From Albugo candida (lineage: Eukaryota): DNA of 29,917 nucleotides. The stretch's first letter is position 1. Every line of letters begins with the position of its first letter. Both the position numbers and the translations under genes were made by a program. The stretch lies in assembly GCA_040437565.1 (NCBI GenBank), contig JBDOQK010000080.1, positions 62,001 through 91,917 of the forward strand, read 5' to 3'. Under the pieces are notes generated by a model, which saw only the letters and a list, made by a program, of their open reading frames with translations, did not search any database and was not told where the DNA came from. Positions 11,096 to 23,599 of the stretch are shown here, one piece after another.

Positions 11096-14000
11096 TTATG
11101 CATTCACACTTGCTGACATTTGTGTGATGTGTGAGGTATGCTCTCTCACAGATACCTTGGAAACCTTTCCTGCAACGCCACTCGTCTCGTGACACAATAC
11201 TTTTAATTCGGTGAGAAAGCCCGGATGGATAGCTGCCGTATTGCTTGATACGAGCATAGAGTATAAAGCCTCTGCTGCTGTCTCAACCGCTGAATCCACT
11301 TTTCGCTCTTTGACGCAAGACATTTGCACAATGCGAAGAAGAGCGTATAAACGCGGGAAAATGCGTTTATTGTACAGCACATTGTGTTGGATACTATTGT
11401 GCACATTCGCATCGAGCACAAGCGCTTCCACAGTCGCTATGAAGGCTCCATACATTCTCTGTCGAACATTCTGAGGCACTCTGTACGAGAGAGACGATGC
11501 TGCGCTCAAATAATGCTGCATGACCAGCTCAAAATCTTGAACATCGATGCCCTTTTCCGCACGGAACACTGGAGAGGTATCACTCTGATCCGACTGCAAC
11601 TCACAGCTGGAAATTGCGTGTGGTAAATTGTCACATAAAGAAAATAGCAATTCTTCGAGACAGCTTTCAGCAACAGACTCGAAATCGGAGTGAATTGTCA
11701 ATGCATCCACAAGAAGAGTCATAATGTGCGACAAAAGATGTGATTCCGACAGATTTGGTGCATGGAGATGATGAAAGTGATCGTGAAACACTTGTTGTAT
11801 CGCTTGTCGCGCATAGTTGCGTGTGTTTGGATCGTCCGCTTGTAGTAATGAGATTGCAGCAATCCAACAATGCGTAGCTGCTTCCTTTGAAAATGTCCAG
11901 CAAGACAGCAGCCCACAGAGACTTAGAGCTTTGCTCGCGGCTTGTCGCACGCAAACTGGAGATGAGGTATCCGCCCAATCGAGAATTTGTCGACTGAACC
12001 GAGTCCAATGCTCCAGCGGTAGTGACAGTGTCGAGGTCGTTAGAGCCTGTTGGGCTCTACACCATACCGCTAGTAGCCGGAGAGAGGCACATTGAATGTC
12101 CACATTTCGACTGCTTTTCATGACATTATATACTTTCAATCCCATTTGATGCGCCAAAAAACGACTTTGCTGATCGATTTCTCCATCCGTTCGGCGTTTA
12201 CAGCATTGATAGCCAATTTCCAAAAGTCGTACTCGACATTGCGGTTGTGTTTCATATTCCCAAAGCGATGGAAATAGCGTCAAAAGCTGCTTCAGAAAGT
12301 CTTTTGACGGCTGTCGACTGATTGCTTTTTGTACGCAACGCATAGCGGTGTTACGTATTTCCAAATAATGACTCTGTAAAAGAGTATCTAAAAACGGGAA
12401 TGGATGCAAATGTGTCGTGAAATAGAGACGAACGAGTGTTTGATTTCGTTCATACGACCCGGGACGTTGTCGTGGTACATTGGTACACAGCTGGTACAAT
12501 TGATCGTGACACTTGACGCGTACCTGTGACAGTATCTCGTTTTTGGTACTGTGATCGTCCCAATGTGACATCACAAGTACCCGATGCAGTACCTTTAATG
12601 CCTGTGCCACAATACTCACACACAAAATTGAATCCTTCCAATACGAAATCACAGACTCAAACACTGTTACTATGATTGCCGTATTTTCTCTCTTATTCGC
12701 CTCCGTACAGTCATTCGATGGAGTACTCATACGGGCTAACAAGTGCTCTATTTGTAAAAGCACCCCATGGATCGTATTGTTCCCCTGTAATTGGAATGGT
12801 GCATTGTGTCGCGCGCTGTGCGCTGCCATTTCGTTGGCATTAAATTGCTTCCCATTTCCGAGCGATTGTGCCAATTGACACAAAATCCCATTCACACAAT
12901 CCTCTGATACAATTGCGGCTAACGCACGTGCAGCCATTTGGCGAACAGCAGCCGATTTGAGTCTTCCGCATCGAATTACATGCGGCACAAAACACTGCAA
13001 ACTTGTGTCTACCACATTATTGTCGGTATAGTGCATTGCACCCCGTATTTCGTCGTCTTCCTTTGGTTTCAGCCGACTCAAGACCATCAGAATAAAGTAA
13101 ATACTCGACGATTTCGCTTCATCACCATCACCATCATCATCACCATCACCACTAGCAAAGCGCTCGTACAAAAACTGTCGAAACCCAGGACACCCTAAAA
13201 ATAATGTGCTACACACTATTCTTTCATCTCGTGCGCCATCGGCAATGCGCTTATCGCCAATAGCTCTCTGTGTAATGGCTGTGTACAGCATCATTGACGA
13301 ATTACGAACCGCCCAAATCGCCACACCAAATCCTTCAATCGCCACGTGAAAGATTGGCACAATGTACGCGCGCGTATCGTCAGCGAGGACAGCGTCCTGA
13401 CATATCAATTTCAGCACATTGAGCGCATGAATTTTGGATCGTATTGTGCACTTCGATGCGTCGCGACGGGATGCGACTCTCAATAGCTGTTCCACCACAC
13501 GTGCAAAGAGTTTTGCGTCTCTGTTGCGCGGTTCTGCGCGTAAAATAGCGAGAAAACAATACGCAAATCCGCTGCTTCTTCTCAGAATGAAATTTTGTGT
13601 GGCATCACATAATTTCTCAAGCAGAAACTCAATCCATTGCGATAACAACTGTGCGATGCGTTCGTTGGAGAGTGAGAAACGACGACAAATCCCTTCAAAA
13701 TTCACAAACACACTCGCAATGGCGCCCTGGTGCTTCAATTGGAGCAGAATTCGCATTAGTAAATGACCCGAAAACCTCACGTCTTTGAAGCTCCATACAG
13801 CGCCAAGAGAATGGGAAAGTGGGAATCGTTCCATCAGCACACGAAGCAACGCACTTCCCTCGCGAACCGCCAACCAGCTTCCAACGACGATACGCTCATG
13901 TAATCCGTCTTCATCCTCCGTTACAATCAAATGCCCGCGACAATCGACACGAAGCGTATGGACCTCCTCACTGATACCCGCGACAGTAGCGGTGATGGGA

Positions 14001-17000
14001 CCAACAACGCTGAGCATATCACTTACAGTGTCGTTTTCTGTATCGCTAATGACACTTTTTGAGAATTGGATCGATTTGTAAACGCAATTGAGAAGTTTTT
14101 GCATCAATTTCGGGTGTGCGATTACTTTCTGTGTATCAATGATCTCCAAATAATATCGCAGCGTTAAGAGGTGGCCGTGAAGGAATCGAACGGATGTCTG
14201 GTGCTCCATCACATTTCTCCATGTGCGCGTATTCCGAGCGAGTGATTCCGTCAGCATTTCAATTGGACGCAATACGAAATCGGATGTTTCCATTTCCAAT
14301 GCATTGGAATTCATTTCATTTTCAATCACTTTGATGATCGACGCTGATGTTCTTCCTCTTTTATATACAAAACAGAGTATCAAAGCGCCCGCATCACATT
14401 CGCGTTGACGAGCACAGGCAATCAATTGGAGTCCCCAATGCATTAAAGCACGCCACGTATCCGCATGCCATACTTCCGAGTCGAACGGGATGCTTTCAAG
14501 ACATTTGCACGATAACGATCGAATGATATCCCACGAGCTCGACAAAAGATGCAACAGATTCAGTAATATATGAGCTGACACGAGTGGTTTCAATGACAGA
14601 GACGTCGATGGGAACATTTCAAAGCAAAGTAAAAGCACTTGGAGACCCATAATGGTTCGTGTTGGAACGGATCCGACGGCAATGGAATCGATGATATAAC
14701 GACAAAGCCACTTTTGGAAAGCTACTGCGAGTGCTACTTGCTTTTGATCCATGTGACAACTCTTTTCAGTGAGTCTCACAGCCTCGCGGATACGAAGAAA
14801 AATCGATTTCAGTCCAATTAATGCATTCATTCGATCGGAAGGAGCGATTTCGTGGGAACTTTGCGATAAAAACGATTTCAGGAGGTTCAATTCTGCTTCC
14901 GATGGCATTATCGTCGACTTGAGTGAGGCTGAAAGCGCGTCGAATGCTGCTCCTCGGATATCAGCGCTCGCATGACGTAAGCCAACAGCGATCTCATCCA
15001 AGGCCTCAAAATGATTCTCATGCAATTGTTGGCGTGTAAACCGTTTCCTGGCGTACTTTGTAATGTGCAAAAGCGGCCACAGATGCGCGGAAGACTGCTT
15101 CCAATCGCTCCCAACCGCTCGTGCAAGTGTGAAAAGCAGAGACGCATCGACACCAAAAAGAAGCGGAAATGTGTATGAGACCAAACGCCTACGAAATCGG
15201 AAATCATTGGATCCGATCGCTTTATAAATTGCCACAATTAATTGATTTTGGAAGCATTCTTTCTCTGTGTCAATTGCTTTGAGGAGCTCAACGAGTGATT
15301 CCGAAGCCATTGCGTACGTCTCATCCGACGCGATGGCACCGACGATATCCGACACGAATTCCTGATTTTGCTTCCACACAGATAGCACATCGACACGCTT
15401 TTCCTTCAACAGAATCGAAATCATTGCGTACTTTGCTCGACGATTGGATCGTAGCTCCAAGATTTCAGATACGATTGGCATCCATTCGATTTGCAGCTGT
15501 AGTAAATGCGAAAAAAGCGACGGCATGAAATGATACATTTTCTTTGACGGATGATCCCAATGCGAAAGAACAAGTGCAAATATCTTTCTCAGTGTCGCTG
15601 TGCTCGTACACGCGTTCCCTGTCGACTGATAATTGTCACGGAGTCGACGTAATGCGATCTCTAACACTTGGATTCCGTATAAACGGACGAGAAAGGCTTC
15701 CGTCATACAAATGGAGTGTATCTGTAAAAGGAGATCTTCCAACACACAAATGGCGGAATTCGTCGATTTAAAGTGACCACAAAGCTCCTCATTGCCGCTG
15801 CATGTGATCACTGCCCGATATACTGCCAGTCGGACGTACACATTGTCCTGTTGACTGGAAATCTGTGCAGAGAAAATCTCTTTGCACTGACAAATGTGTT
15901 GAGAGCAGACAACGCACACACTGTCTGTTGATTTATCCAAAGCAAATAATTCGATGCTGCAAAGTGTCTGACGGAAAATGAAATTCTTACGAGTTTCCAG
16001 CGTTACGCATTGCATCAAAGGGTTCATTTCAATCCAATTTCGGTACAGTGAGATGCCACAGAGCGCTACTTGTGTCAATACGTCTTTCGGCATCCCTTTG
16101 TGCTGCAAAAGGACGCAGCAATGTCTCATCAGCGTATACATCTGCTGCCAAATACCATCTCTGTTCGACAGTATCGAATCGTCTTTTTTGAGTGAATTCA
16201 ACCGCTTCCATAGCGTGTTCTTAGAGCACAAAAGAAGTAAACATTTGACAACAAGTTGAGCGTTTTCGAGAGCCATAGCGTTTGTATGCGAAACGATTGC
16301 TTTGAGAGTATTATTTTGACAGCATCGCTCGAGTTGGGTCGTTAGATAACGCAATACGCGCTGTAGCGAGTCACACGCACAGCGGAGCACAAAAGAAGAC
16401 ATCAGAAATTGAGATTCCAACATCAAACGAAGTATTTCGAGCCTCAAAAAGGTACTATTCGACTGCGTGCAGACATTCGATGCGATTTCGTTGATGTACA
16501 GCTCCATTTCATTGCAAAGGACTGTGTGGAGATTTGGTGGCTCGGGAAATAACTTGAAAATTGTATAGAGAGCGGTAAGAAGTGATTTTCGAAGGCGATC
16601 ATTGCTGTCGTACATTGCCGAAAACAGTCGAAATAAAAGACGCGATAGAGTTCGAAAGCATTGTAAAGTGTCGATAGTAAAGACACTGTGTTTCTGTTGT
16701 ATTTGGATGCATTTCGCACGCAGCGATTGGATGCAATTGAGCTGAGCGTAAACGGATGGACATGCGGTAAGTTGCTCGTACCATTCGGAAACGTCGACAA
16801 ATGGCTCTGATACATTGCATAGCAATTCATTGCGTGGCACGGAAGCGACATACACTTTNNNNNNNNNNNNNNNNNNNNNNNNNNNNNNNNNNNNNNNNNN
16901 NNNNNNNNNNNNNNNNNNNNNNNNNNNNNNNNNNNNNNNNNNNNNNNNNNNNNNNNNNAACAGTCGAAATAAAAGACGCGATAGAGTTCGAAAGCATTGT

Positions 17001-17463
17001 AAAGTGTCGATAGTAAAGACACTGTGTTTCTGTTGTATTTGGATGCATTTCGCACGCAGCGATTGGATGCAATTGAGCTGAGCGTAAACGGATGGACATG
17101 CGGTAAGTTGCTCGTACCATTCGGAAACGTCGACAAATGGCTCTGATACATTGCATAGCAATTCATTGCGTGGCACGGAAGCGACATACACTTTGAAATT
17201 GACAGCGGGAGGATCCAATGGGCTCACAAAGCCGTCGCACGGCTCTGTGAGCCCATTGGATCCTCCCGCTGTCAATTTCAAAGTGTATGTCGCTTCCGTG
17301 CCACGCAATGAATTGCTATGCAATGTATCAGAGCCATTTGTCGACNNNNNNNNNNNNNNNNNNNNNNNNNNNNNNNNNNNNNNNNNNNNNNNNNNNNNNN
17401 NNNNNNNNNNNNNNNNNNNNNNNNNNNNNNNNNNNNNNNNNNNNNCTTTTTTTTTCGGACCAT
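11096..17463 (-). CDS. THADA: THADA / Trm732 (ARM/HEAT-repeat partner of the Trm7/FTSJ1 tRNA Nm32 2'-O-methyltransferase); 5' end misassembled
   Basis: DUF2428-region motifs VVGSWLAVREGSALL, LKHQGAI, LRRSSGFAYCFLAILRAEP, KIHALNVLKLI, WAVRNSSMMLY. About 1.9k aa of open frame. The likely true start is MVRKKK (ATG 17463), beyond the second gap. The ORF-track N-terminus (MHSNSLRG...) is read through a fold-back artefact. Confidence 0.88.
13121..13150. repeat. Short (ATCACC/ATC)n microsatellite encoding the acidic GDGDDDGDGD loop in THADA
   Basis: Sequence reads atcaccatcaccatcatcatcaccatcacc. Confidence 0.7.
16623..17194. repeat. 236-bp direct duplication (16623-16858 = 16959-17194) flanking a 100-N gap; unmerged contig overlap
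   Basis: The same sequence lies on both sides of gap 16859-16958. Confidence 0.9.
17129..17345. repeat. Near-perfect palindrome (107-bp arms, 3-nt loop, 1 mismatch) ending at a gap; probable fold-back chimera
   Basis: 17129-17235 is the reverse complement of 17239-17345 except at 17229/17245. It abuts gap 17346-17445. Confidence 0.9.
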
Positions 17464-18238
17464 TCGATGTTGCAGTTACATCAATTTAGGATGAGACTTT
17501 AGATCAGGAAAATTGGAAGCGTAATTAGGACGCGGTGTGAGGGAACATATTGGATGTGCATTCGTACGTCATGTATGCTGTACGGTACGGGATCGAGAAA
17601 GACATATGTAGGGATTACGTTATCATTATATGTCTTGTCGATTATCGCAACTATGGGGTCATAGCTACGAAGCGTGCAAGACAATGAACGTCTTCGAATA
17701 TAGCGCCATGGATCCGATTCCGTTGATGACAAAGACCTCAATTTTGACTTATTGATAGAAGACGCATCCAAGCGATATTGAACCTTGACGTTAGTATTTC
17801 CATTTCCCCAAATTGATTGGTAGAATCACTCCGACAAATGAGTATAATCGATACCGCTTTCCATTGAATTATTCTTTACAATTCAAACTGCAATTCGAAT
17901 AGATCTCTCATTCTGCGCTATATCGCTTTATATGTGCACACTTTCAATCCTACTCGTTCAACTGAAGCGCCTTCACATAAAACCATTGCACCACGTTCTC
18001 ACTAATTCTCGCAATCGGCAAGCATTACAATACACCTGAATGATGATTTCCACCAATTAGCTTCCCCCATTTGCTGTTACAAACACCCAACGTGACGCGT
18101 CATGCGATTCAAAAGTAAACTCAAAAAAGTATTTTAATTAAACACTTTTTAGCAAATCACAATTTCAAAATCGCAAGTTAAAGACTTGAAGTTTTGTGCT
18201 GCACGTAATACTAACTGACAGAGGAAGAATGACTGTCT

Positions 18239-19438
18239 CTAGACATGATTGGTATTGGCTGTAGTTCCGTGCTTTCGCTCTCCAAGCAGTCGAAAGTACT
18301 GACATAGATAACAGCTTGCGTCCATTCTACCTTGATCTGCCAAGTCAAAACGCGGGTACCCGTGGACGTGACAATAGCTTGTCATATTTTGAGGCTCGTG
18401 ACACGACGGCGCGCGATTGATTGCAGCATTTCGCATTTGACGAGAATCGCTACCCTCCGCTTGACTCGCACTGTTGTTGATACCACGATCCTTCAAAACA
18501 TGAAGATCTCTCATGACAGCGCGTACATCAGATCGTATCATTTCCACATCTTCTTGAAGCTTGTGATACGCAGGGGTGTCCGAACGTCGAGTTAAATTGC
18601 GTGAAGCGGTTGACTGTGCGCAAGTTTCATTTCCAGATGATCGATAGGAGATAGCACTTCCATTCACAGTCCCTGAACATTCCCAGCTTACTTGGTGATG
18701 AACGGCTTCTAATTGTCCCGATATTTTATCCAGATAATCGTTTATATTGGAATTTGTATGGACATATGACTCGCTAAGTTGATCCAATTGCGTCTTACAT
18801 GCTAAAAGCTCAAAACGAACATTAGACAGATCCTGCTCACTCCCTGCTGCATCATCTTGATTTCTATTGAACGGTTTCAATTCTGATATTTCATGAATCT
18901 GTTGATCTTCCTGCTTTTGAAATTCTTCATTCAAAAACGTCGAAAAATGACTATATCGATCGAGATATCGCACTTTAGACAAACACGTCGCTATTTTCTT
19001 CAATATATCATGTTTCAAAGCATCTCGAACAGCCATCGACTCCTGATACGAAGCATTTAATGCATCTAAATCTCTCTCTACTTCGACCAGAGTCGGAAGT
19101 GTCAAATGCTGTGATTGCTTCAGTTTCGTCACATCTGCTTGTAGATCACGATTCTCTGCTTGTAGATCTTCATTCTGTAGTTTTAACGACTGAATCTCAT
19201 CTTCAAACGCACTGCTTCTTACGTGTTGCTTTCGTGCCGTTGAGAATCTATAATGAGCTTCTATTTCATTTCCAGTAGTAATTTTCCTCTTTCGCTTTGT
19301 TCTGGAAATGGACGTACCACCGGAGAGGCAGGAAGACGTCGTTACGGATGTTCTTATGTTAACGTCTTTGCGCATGTTCTCTCCACGTAGCGTGATGCTC
19401 GAATCCTCACAATTAGTGCAATTACATGTTCTTGTCAT
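18239..19438 (-). CDS. Hypothetical coiled-coil protein (399 aa) with basic NLS-like stretch and C-terminal Cys/His motif
   Basis: 1.2-kb ATG-initiated ORF with heptad-rich segments (EDEIQSLKLQNEDLQAENRDLQADVTKLK), RTKRKRK, and C-x2-H-x16-C-x2-C near the C-terminus. Confidence 0.7.
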   Translation of the reverse strand: MTRTCNCTNCEDSSITLRGENMRKDVNIRTSVTTSSCLSGGTSISRTKRKRKITTGNEIEAHYRFSTARKQHVRSSAFEDEIQSLKLQNEDLQAENRDLQADVTKLKQSQHLTLPTLVEVERDLDALNASYQESMAVRDALKHDILKKIATCLSKVRYLDRYSHFSTFLNEEFQKQEDQQIHEISELKPFNRNQDDAAGSEQDLSNVRFELLACKTQLDQLSESYVHTNSNINDYLDKISGQLEAVHHQVSWECSGTVNGSAISYRSSGNETCAQSTASRNLTRRSDTPAYHKLQEDVEMIRSDVRAVMRDLHVLKDRGINNSASQAEGSDSRQMRNAAINRAPSCHEPQNMTSYCHVHGYPRFDLADQGRMDASCYLCQYFRLLGERKHGTTANTNHV

Positions 19439-20467
19439 TATAATGGCTATGACGGAGTGTTTGTATCGACCTTTATTTAGAATGGTACGGAACTTGTCTG
19501 CGATCTGATCGCTTATTGGCTATATTCATTTTTGATCGCAATTGCGCGCCGCTTTCCTCCGAGCGCTTCCTCTACGCAGTCAATACGCACGATTTCGCTT
19601 GCTTTAGACAACAGACAAACAGCGGAATCTTTCATACACGTAGAAACTATATATTTTCGTGAATGATTTCGAACGTGCGTTTATGTACCCGACATTTTCC
19701 TTTGATGAACGAACAGGAGACATTATATCTGTTCGTAGGTTTTGTGTCAAAACGCTTTGAGAATGTCGACAGCGAATGGATCGATTGAAAAAGAGCAATA
19801 TCGAAAAGTGTTAATTGAAGTGAAAGATTATCGACTGTTTGGACTGTAAATTGGGGAAATAAAGCTTTGTAATGGATCAGCATCATCCAACGCTACCTAC
19901 ACGCGTGCCTGTGAGGAGTTGACAGATTCAGCATTAGAGTCTGTATGATGGAACCCATCAGTCTCTTGGTATTTGAGTAATACAAAACAAACAAAAGCGA
20001 CATTTGCACGCATTCGCATTGTCAAAACCATACAAGTCGATCTGATGCGGCATTCGGATGTGGTGGCAGTGTTCAGTGGCGTTTATAAGCGGCCTGGCGG
20101 AAGAATAGCTTGATATGCGCGATTTCAACTCTTGCTAGTGTTTTTGATGTCCTTGGCGATGGAATCACTTTGAAGTCGGGTGTAATAGCAATTTTGGGCA
20201 AGGCTCCTAAATATCCTGACAATGGTCGATTCAATTCGCTCAGGGTACCGCATGGACCGAAGTCGCCACAAAGCAGAAAACTCATTTCTGAAAAGTAAAT
20301 GAATGTGCTGAATGCAAGTTTTTCTTCACTCATATCCAATTCCCTTTTACTCGCAATCGCTCACTGCGCAAGAACAATGGCTTCCAATGGTTCTAAATCC
20401 AATGCTTCTACAAGCAACAACGCTACTTTTTATAGTACCCGCCCGACATTCGTCAAGTGCTCAGCAC

Positions 20468-21856
20468 TCACGTATCAGTTTGACTTATTGTCATGCGCTT
20501 CAATTCCAATAAATAGATTTCCGGAACATTTTGCTTCCTCAATTTCTCTAAAGTTTCCTGACGTACCTTTTCCGCTATAATGCATTCTTTTGTCTGTTTT
20601 TTCTGTCGATATGTTGCATTGACAGCATCAATTTGCTTTGTTTGATTCCGAGATAAAGCATTATTGCGTATTTGTTCTTCCAATTGCTCGCGATACGCCA
20701 TTTGACGGTGTCTGTGGATTTCCATAGAGTCCACTTGCTTTTGTACAACTTCCTTCTCCATTTCCATAGAAAGCTTGTTCAGCTTAGTTTCTGCATCTTT
20801 TTCCTTATTTCTTAATGCTTGACGCAACTGTATTTGCTCCGTGCGATCGTCGCTGACACGCTGTATTGCTTTTCTATGCTCTATTTTTTGGAGGTCTTCC
20901 TTGCGTCGAAGACGCATCTCCATAGCCTCATATGCTCTCTTAGCTCGTATCTCGTCCTCAAAAGAACGTGTGTCGCTTGTTTTCTGCTGTTTGGCACAAA
21001 GCTTAGCAAACTGCTGCTCCTTCAATTTATCAAGTTCGAGCTTTTCTTTTCGGCGAGCCTCCTCCTCAGACGCTTTTCGACGCAAGAACGCTCGCATCAT
21101 GCCCTCTTCATACTTTTTGCGATCTATCTCTGCTGCTTTGTGACTTTGAAGACGCTCATTTGTCTGGCGAATTTGCACTAAATTCTTCTTGATGGAATCT
21201 CGTTGTTTCTCAACTTTCATCTTTTCTTCAGCTTCATACTTTTTGTACATTTGAAGCACTCGACTCCCTTCGAGCGCTTTCGCTTCTTCTTCCCATATTT
21301 TCTTCTTTTGTCGCTCATTAATCTGATCCTCCAATGCATTTCTTGCCTCCAGTGCGTTTAATCGTTTCTCTTCCCGAGCTTTATTGCATCGGTTCAGCTC
21401 TTTGTATCTTTCTTGCTCCATTCTATCGTCATGAGATTTATTGTATCGCGCTTCTCGTGCTTGATTCTCTTTATATTGTTTACACAGTTTGTCACAATCA
21501 GCATATCCCTGTGCTTGTATTGCAAGCGACTGAATACGACGAATAGAAGCGACATGCTGATGCATATTGACGTCCTCATCAACGAGCGGAGCCTTCCATA
21601 ATTGTTCAATGTCCATTTTCAACGTCGCTTGCTCGCGTCGAACTCGAATGCCGTCTCCGTCTTCCATCATAATTCGTTTTCGCTCTTGCATCTTATTCTG
21701 AGCGTCTGATGGCGTATGTGATCCGCCCTCGTTAATGTATCGTTCATCTGAAGACACTTGTGCACGTAATTTCATTTCATCATAGTTTTCTTGCGTAACA
21801 GTACACGTTCCTGCTATATTTCTTCCTGCAAGCCGATGCGTCGATCCCTGAGTCAT
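20468..21856 (-). CDS. CFAP45: CFAP45/CCDC19-like (trichohyalin-plectin homology, axonemal microtubule inner protein), 462 aa
   Basis: Charged coiled coil with CFAP45-like motifs DEIRAKRAYEAMEMRLRRKE and C-terminal ETLEKLRKQNVPEIYLLELKR. Confidence 0.75.
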   Translation of the reverse strand: MTQGSTHRLAGRNIAGTCTVTQENYDEMKLRAQVSSDERYINEGGSHTPSDAQNKMQERKRIMMEDGDGIRVRREQATLKMDIEQLWKAPLVDEDVNMHQHVASIRRIQSLAIQAQGYADCDKLCKQYKENQAREARYNKSHDDRMEQERYKELNRCNKAREEKRLNALEARNALEDQINERQKKKIWEEEAKALEGSRVLQMYKKYEAEEKMKVEKQRDSIKKNLVQIRQTNERLQSHKAAEIDRKKYEEGMMRAFLRRKASEEEARRKEKLELDKLKEQQFAKLCAKQQKTSDTRSFEDEIRAKRAYEAMEMRLRRKEDLQKIEHRKAIQRVSDDRTEQIQLRQALRNKEKDAETKLNKLSMEMEKEVVQKQVDSMEIHRHRQMAYREQLEEQIRNNALSRNQTKQIDAVNATYRQKKQTKECIIAEKVRQETLEKLRKQNVPEIYLLELKRMTISQTDT

Positions 21857-22759
21857 TGAATTGGTTTATTTACTATCACAATCGTTTTCATTCTGTGAAG
21901 CTGAGATTAGATTAGCGTGACTATTTATAAGAACTATTTCCAAAGCGATCCCATCAAAATCACTGGGCATTATACGTACTGTTCTGCTAGCAAAACGAAA
22001 AAACACTACTCAGGTGATCGCTATCAGTCACGATTTAGATGATCAAACATGCTCCACAATGATGCGATATGGTTTCAAGTGCTCACAGTATGTCGCCATC
22101 ACGTAAGCTTGTCCAATGTCCACTTTGAGATCACAGCAGATCCGACTGGCGATTGTGGATAAGAAAAATGTGGCTCAGCCACTCTAGGGAGATGCCTCTC
22201 TTGGTCTTGGTTTGTGTTACAATTGGCTGATCTATTCTAGCATGCTCAGCCCCAAGCAAAGCTTCGATTATTCAAGCATGTTTTTTTTACATCCTTATTC
22301 TGTTGGGATAAGCTTCCAGCAAGCAACCTTTTTACCGTATTCCTTTAGAAGTTTAGGATGAATGTATATGCAGACCGCACAATTTGAGAGTAGCTTTGAA
22401 ATGAAAGCTGAGTATGGTAAGTGAAGCAGATTATGTATATCGTATTTTGACGCTACAGTGCCAATAACCTTTAAGTGAGGTATCTCATCACCATAAAAAC
22501 TGAGTCGCTTTACCTGTGTTTTTATCCGCTCTGCGACCTGGCTTTGAGAATTAGCATTGTGATAGTGTTGCTGTTCGCAATCAATTGTCACATGTCCAAA
22601 AGATTAATTAGATACATTCGCAAAATTATAACTGCAGCAGCAATTTCGAAAGAAACGTTTTGTGCATATTGGAATAATTTGCTGTGTCAGCCGCTCAAAA
22701 TCGCAATCTGAAACTTGAAAAAGACTATCGATTGAGGTCTATCTCTTTACAAACATCGA

Positions 22760-23210
22760 CGAAAACGAATCCAGTCAAATGAGATCTAATCCAAGGACCA
22801 TTTTCCAAAGCGTACAAACATACGTACAGTTGCCTAGGTCATAAGCCGTACCATAGTCCAGCATAGTCTCATATGCTTCTTCTCCATGTTGAGCAACCAG
22901 GTAATTTATGTCTGCTAGATGTCGAATTTGGTTATGCATCGGCCGTCCTCGCACAAATTTTTCTTTCAGTCTTGTTGAATCCATTCCAGCAAAACCGTTG
23001 CGATCGAAGGCTCAATACTTTTGGAAGCACACTCACATCACCACAATTTGATCGGGGTACAGTTGCCAAAATCACATCGTGATTTCAATCATATAGTAAG
23101 TTGATAGCTGGTTGACGTTGTGATCGAAGTAAGATACCTTTTCCCAGCTGTATTCAAACACGATCTTCGGACAGTCACCAAACGGTTCCGGAGCAAGCTG
23201 CTGGAAGCAC
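22760..23210 (-). mobile_element. Degenerate L1/Tx1-like LINE reverse-transcriptase fragment
   Basis: DNA is close to the 29.7-kb copy (gacgttgtgatcgaagtaagatac). Translation fragments include DFGNCTPI, DVSVLPKVL and FVRGRPMHNQIRHLADINYLVAQHGEEAYETMLDYGTAYD (decayed LDFEKAYD). Several stops and frameshifts. Confidence 0.8.
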
Positions 23211-23599
23211 TTCGGATGTGTCCAAAACACTTCTGCGATCTCGGTCGTGTTTTACCGAGTTCACCGAGGCTTTTACTCTTTTGACGAAGGAAAACTTATA
23301 ATGGGCCCAGCATGTTTTTTAACTTTTTCTGATGGATTAACTGGGGAGTCGTTCTCTGACCTCTTGGAGAAATCATGATAGTGCCCTGATGTTCCCTGGA
23401 TTCGTTAATGACTTAATGCCTTGGTACTATCTTCGATCGGCGTACGACGACAAGAATCATTCGGAAGGCGCTATAAAATTCTTCAGGTGACAATCGAAAG
23501 ATTCATCTTGACTGTATCTGGTATTGTTTTCGACCAAAATTCACAGCTTTTGAAGACTCGAGTAAAAAGAGCGCTGTGATATTTGGTGTCTTGAGTGCG

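Noticed and set aside
1336-16259. Numerous 60-170 aa ORFs antisense or out of frame within the long genes
   Set aside because: Shadow ORFs of real coding sequence with no independent motifs.
17129-17345. Palindrome as MITE, miRNA precursor or hairpin telomere
   Set aside because: The arms are THADA coding sequence, it ends exactly at a gap, and there is no target-site duplication. An artefact is more parsimonious.
17499-17771. 90-aa minus-strand ORF upstream of THADA
   Set aside because: Non-ATG start, no motifs, and it lies in the presumed THADA promoter region.
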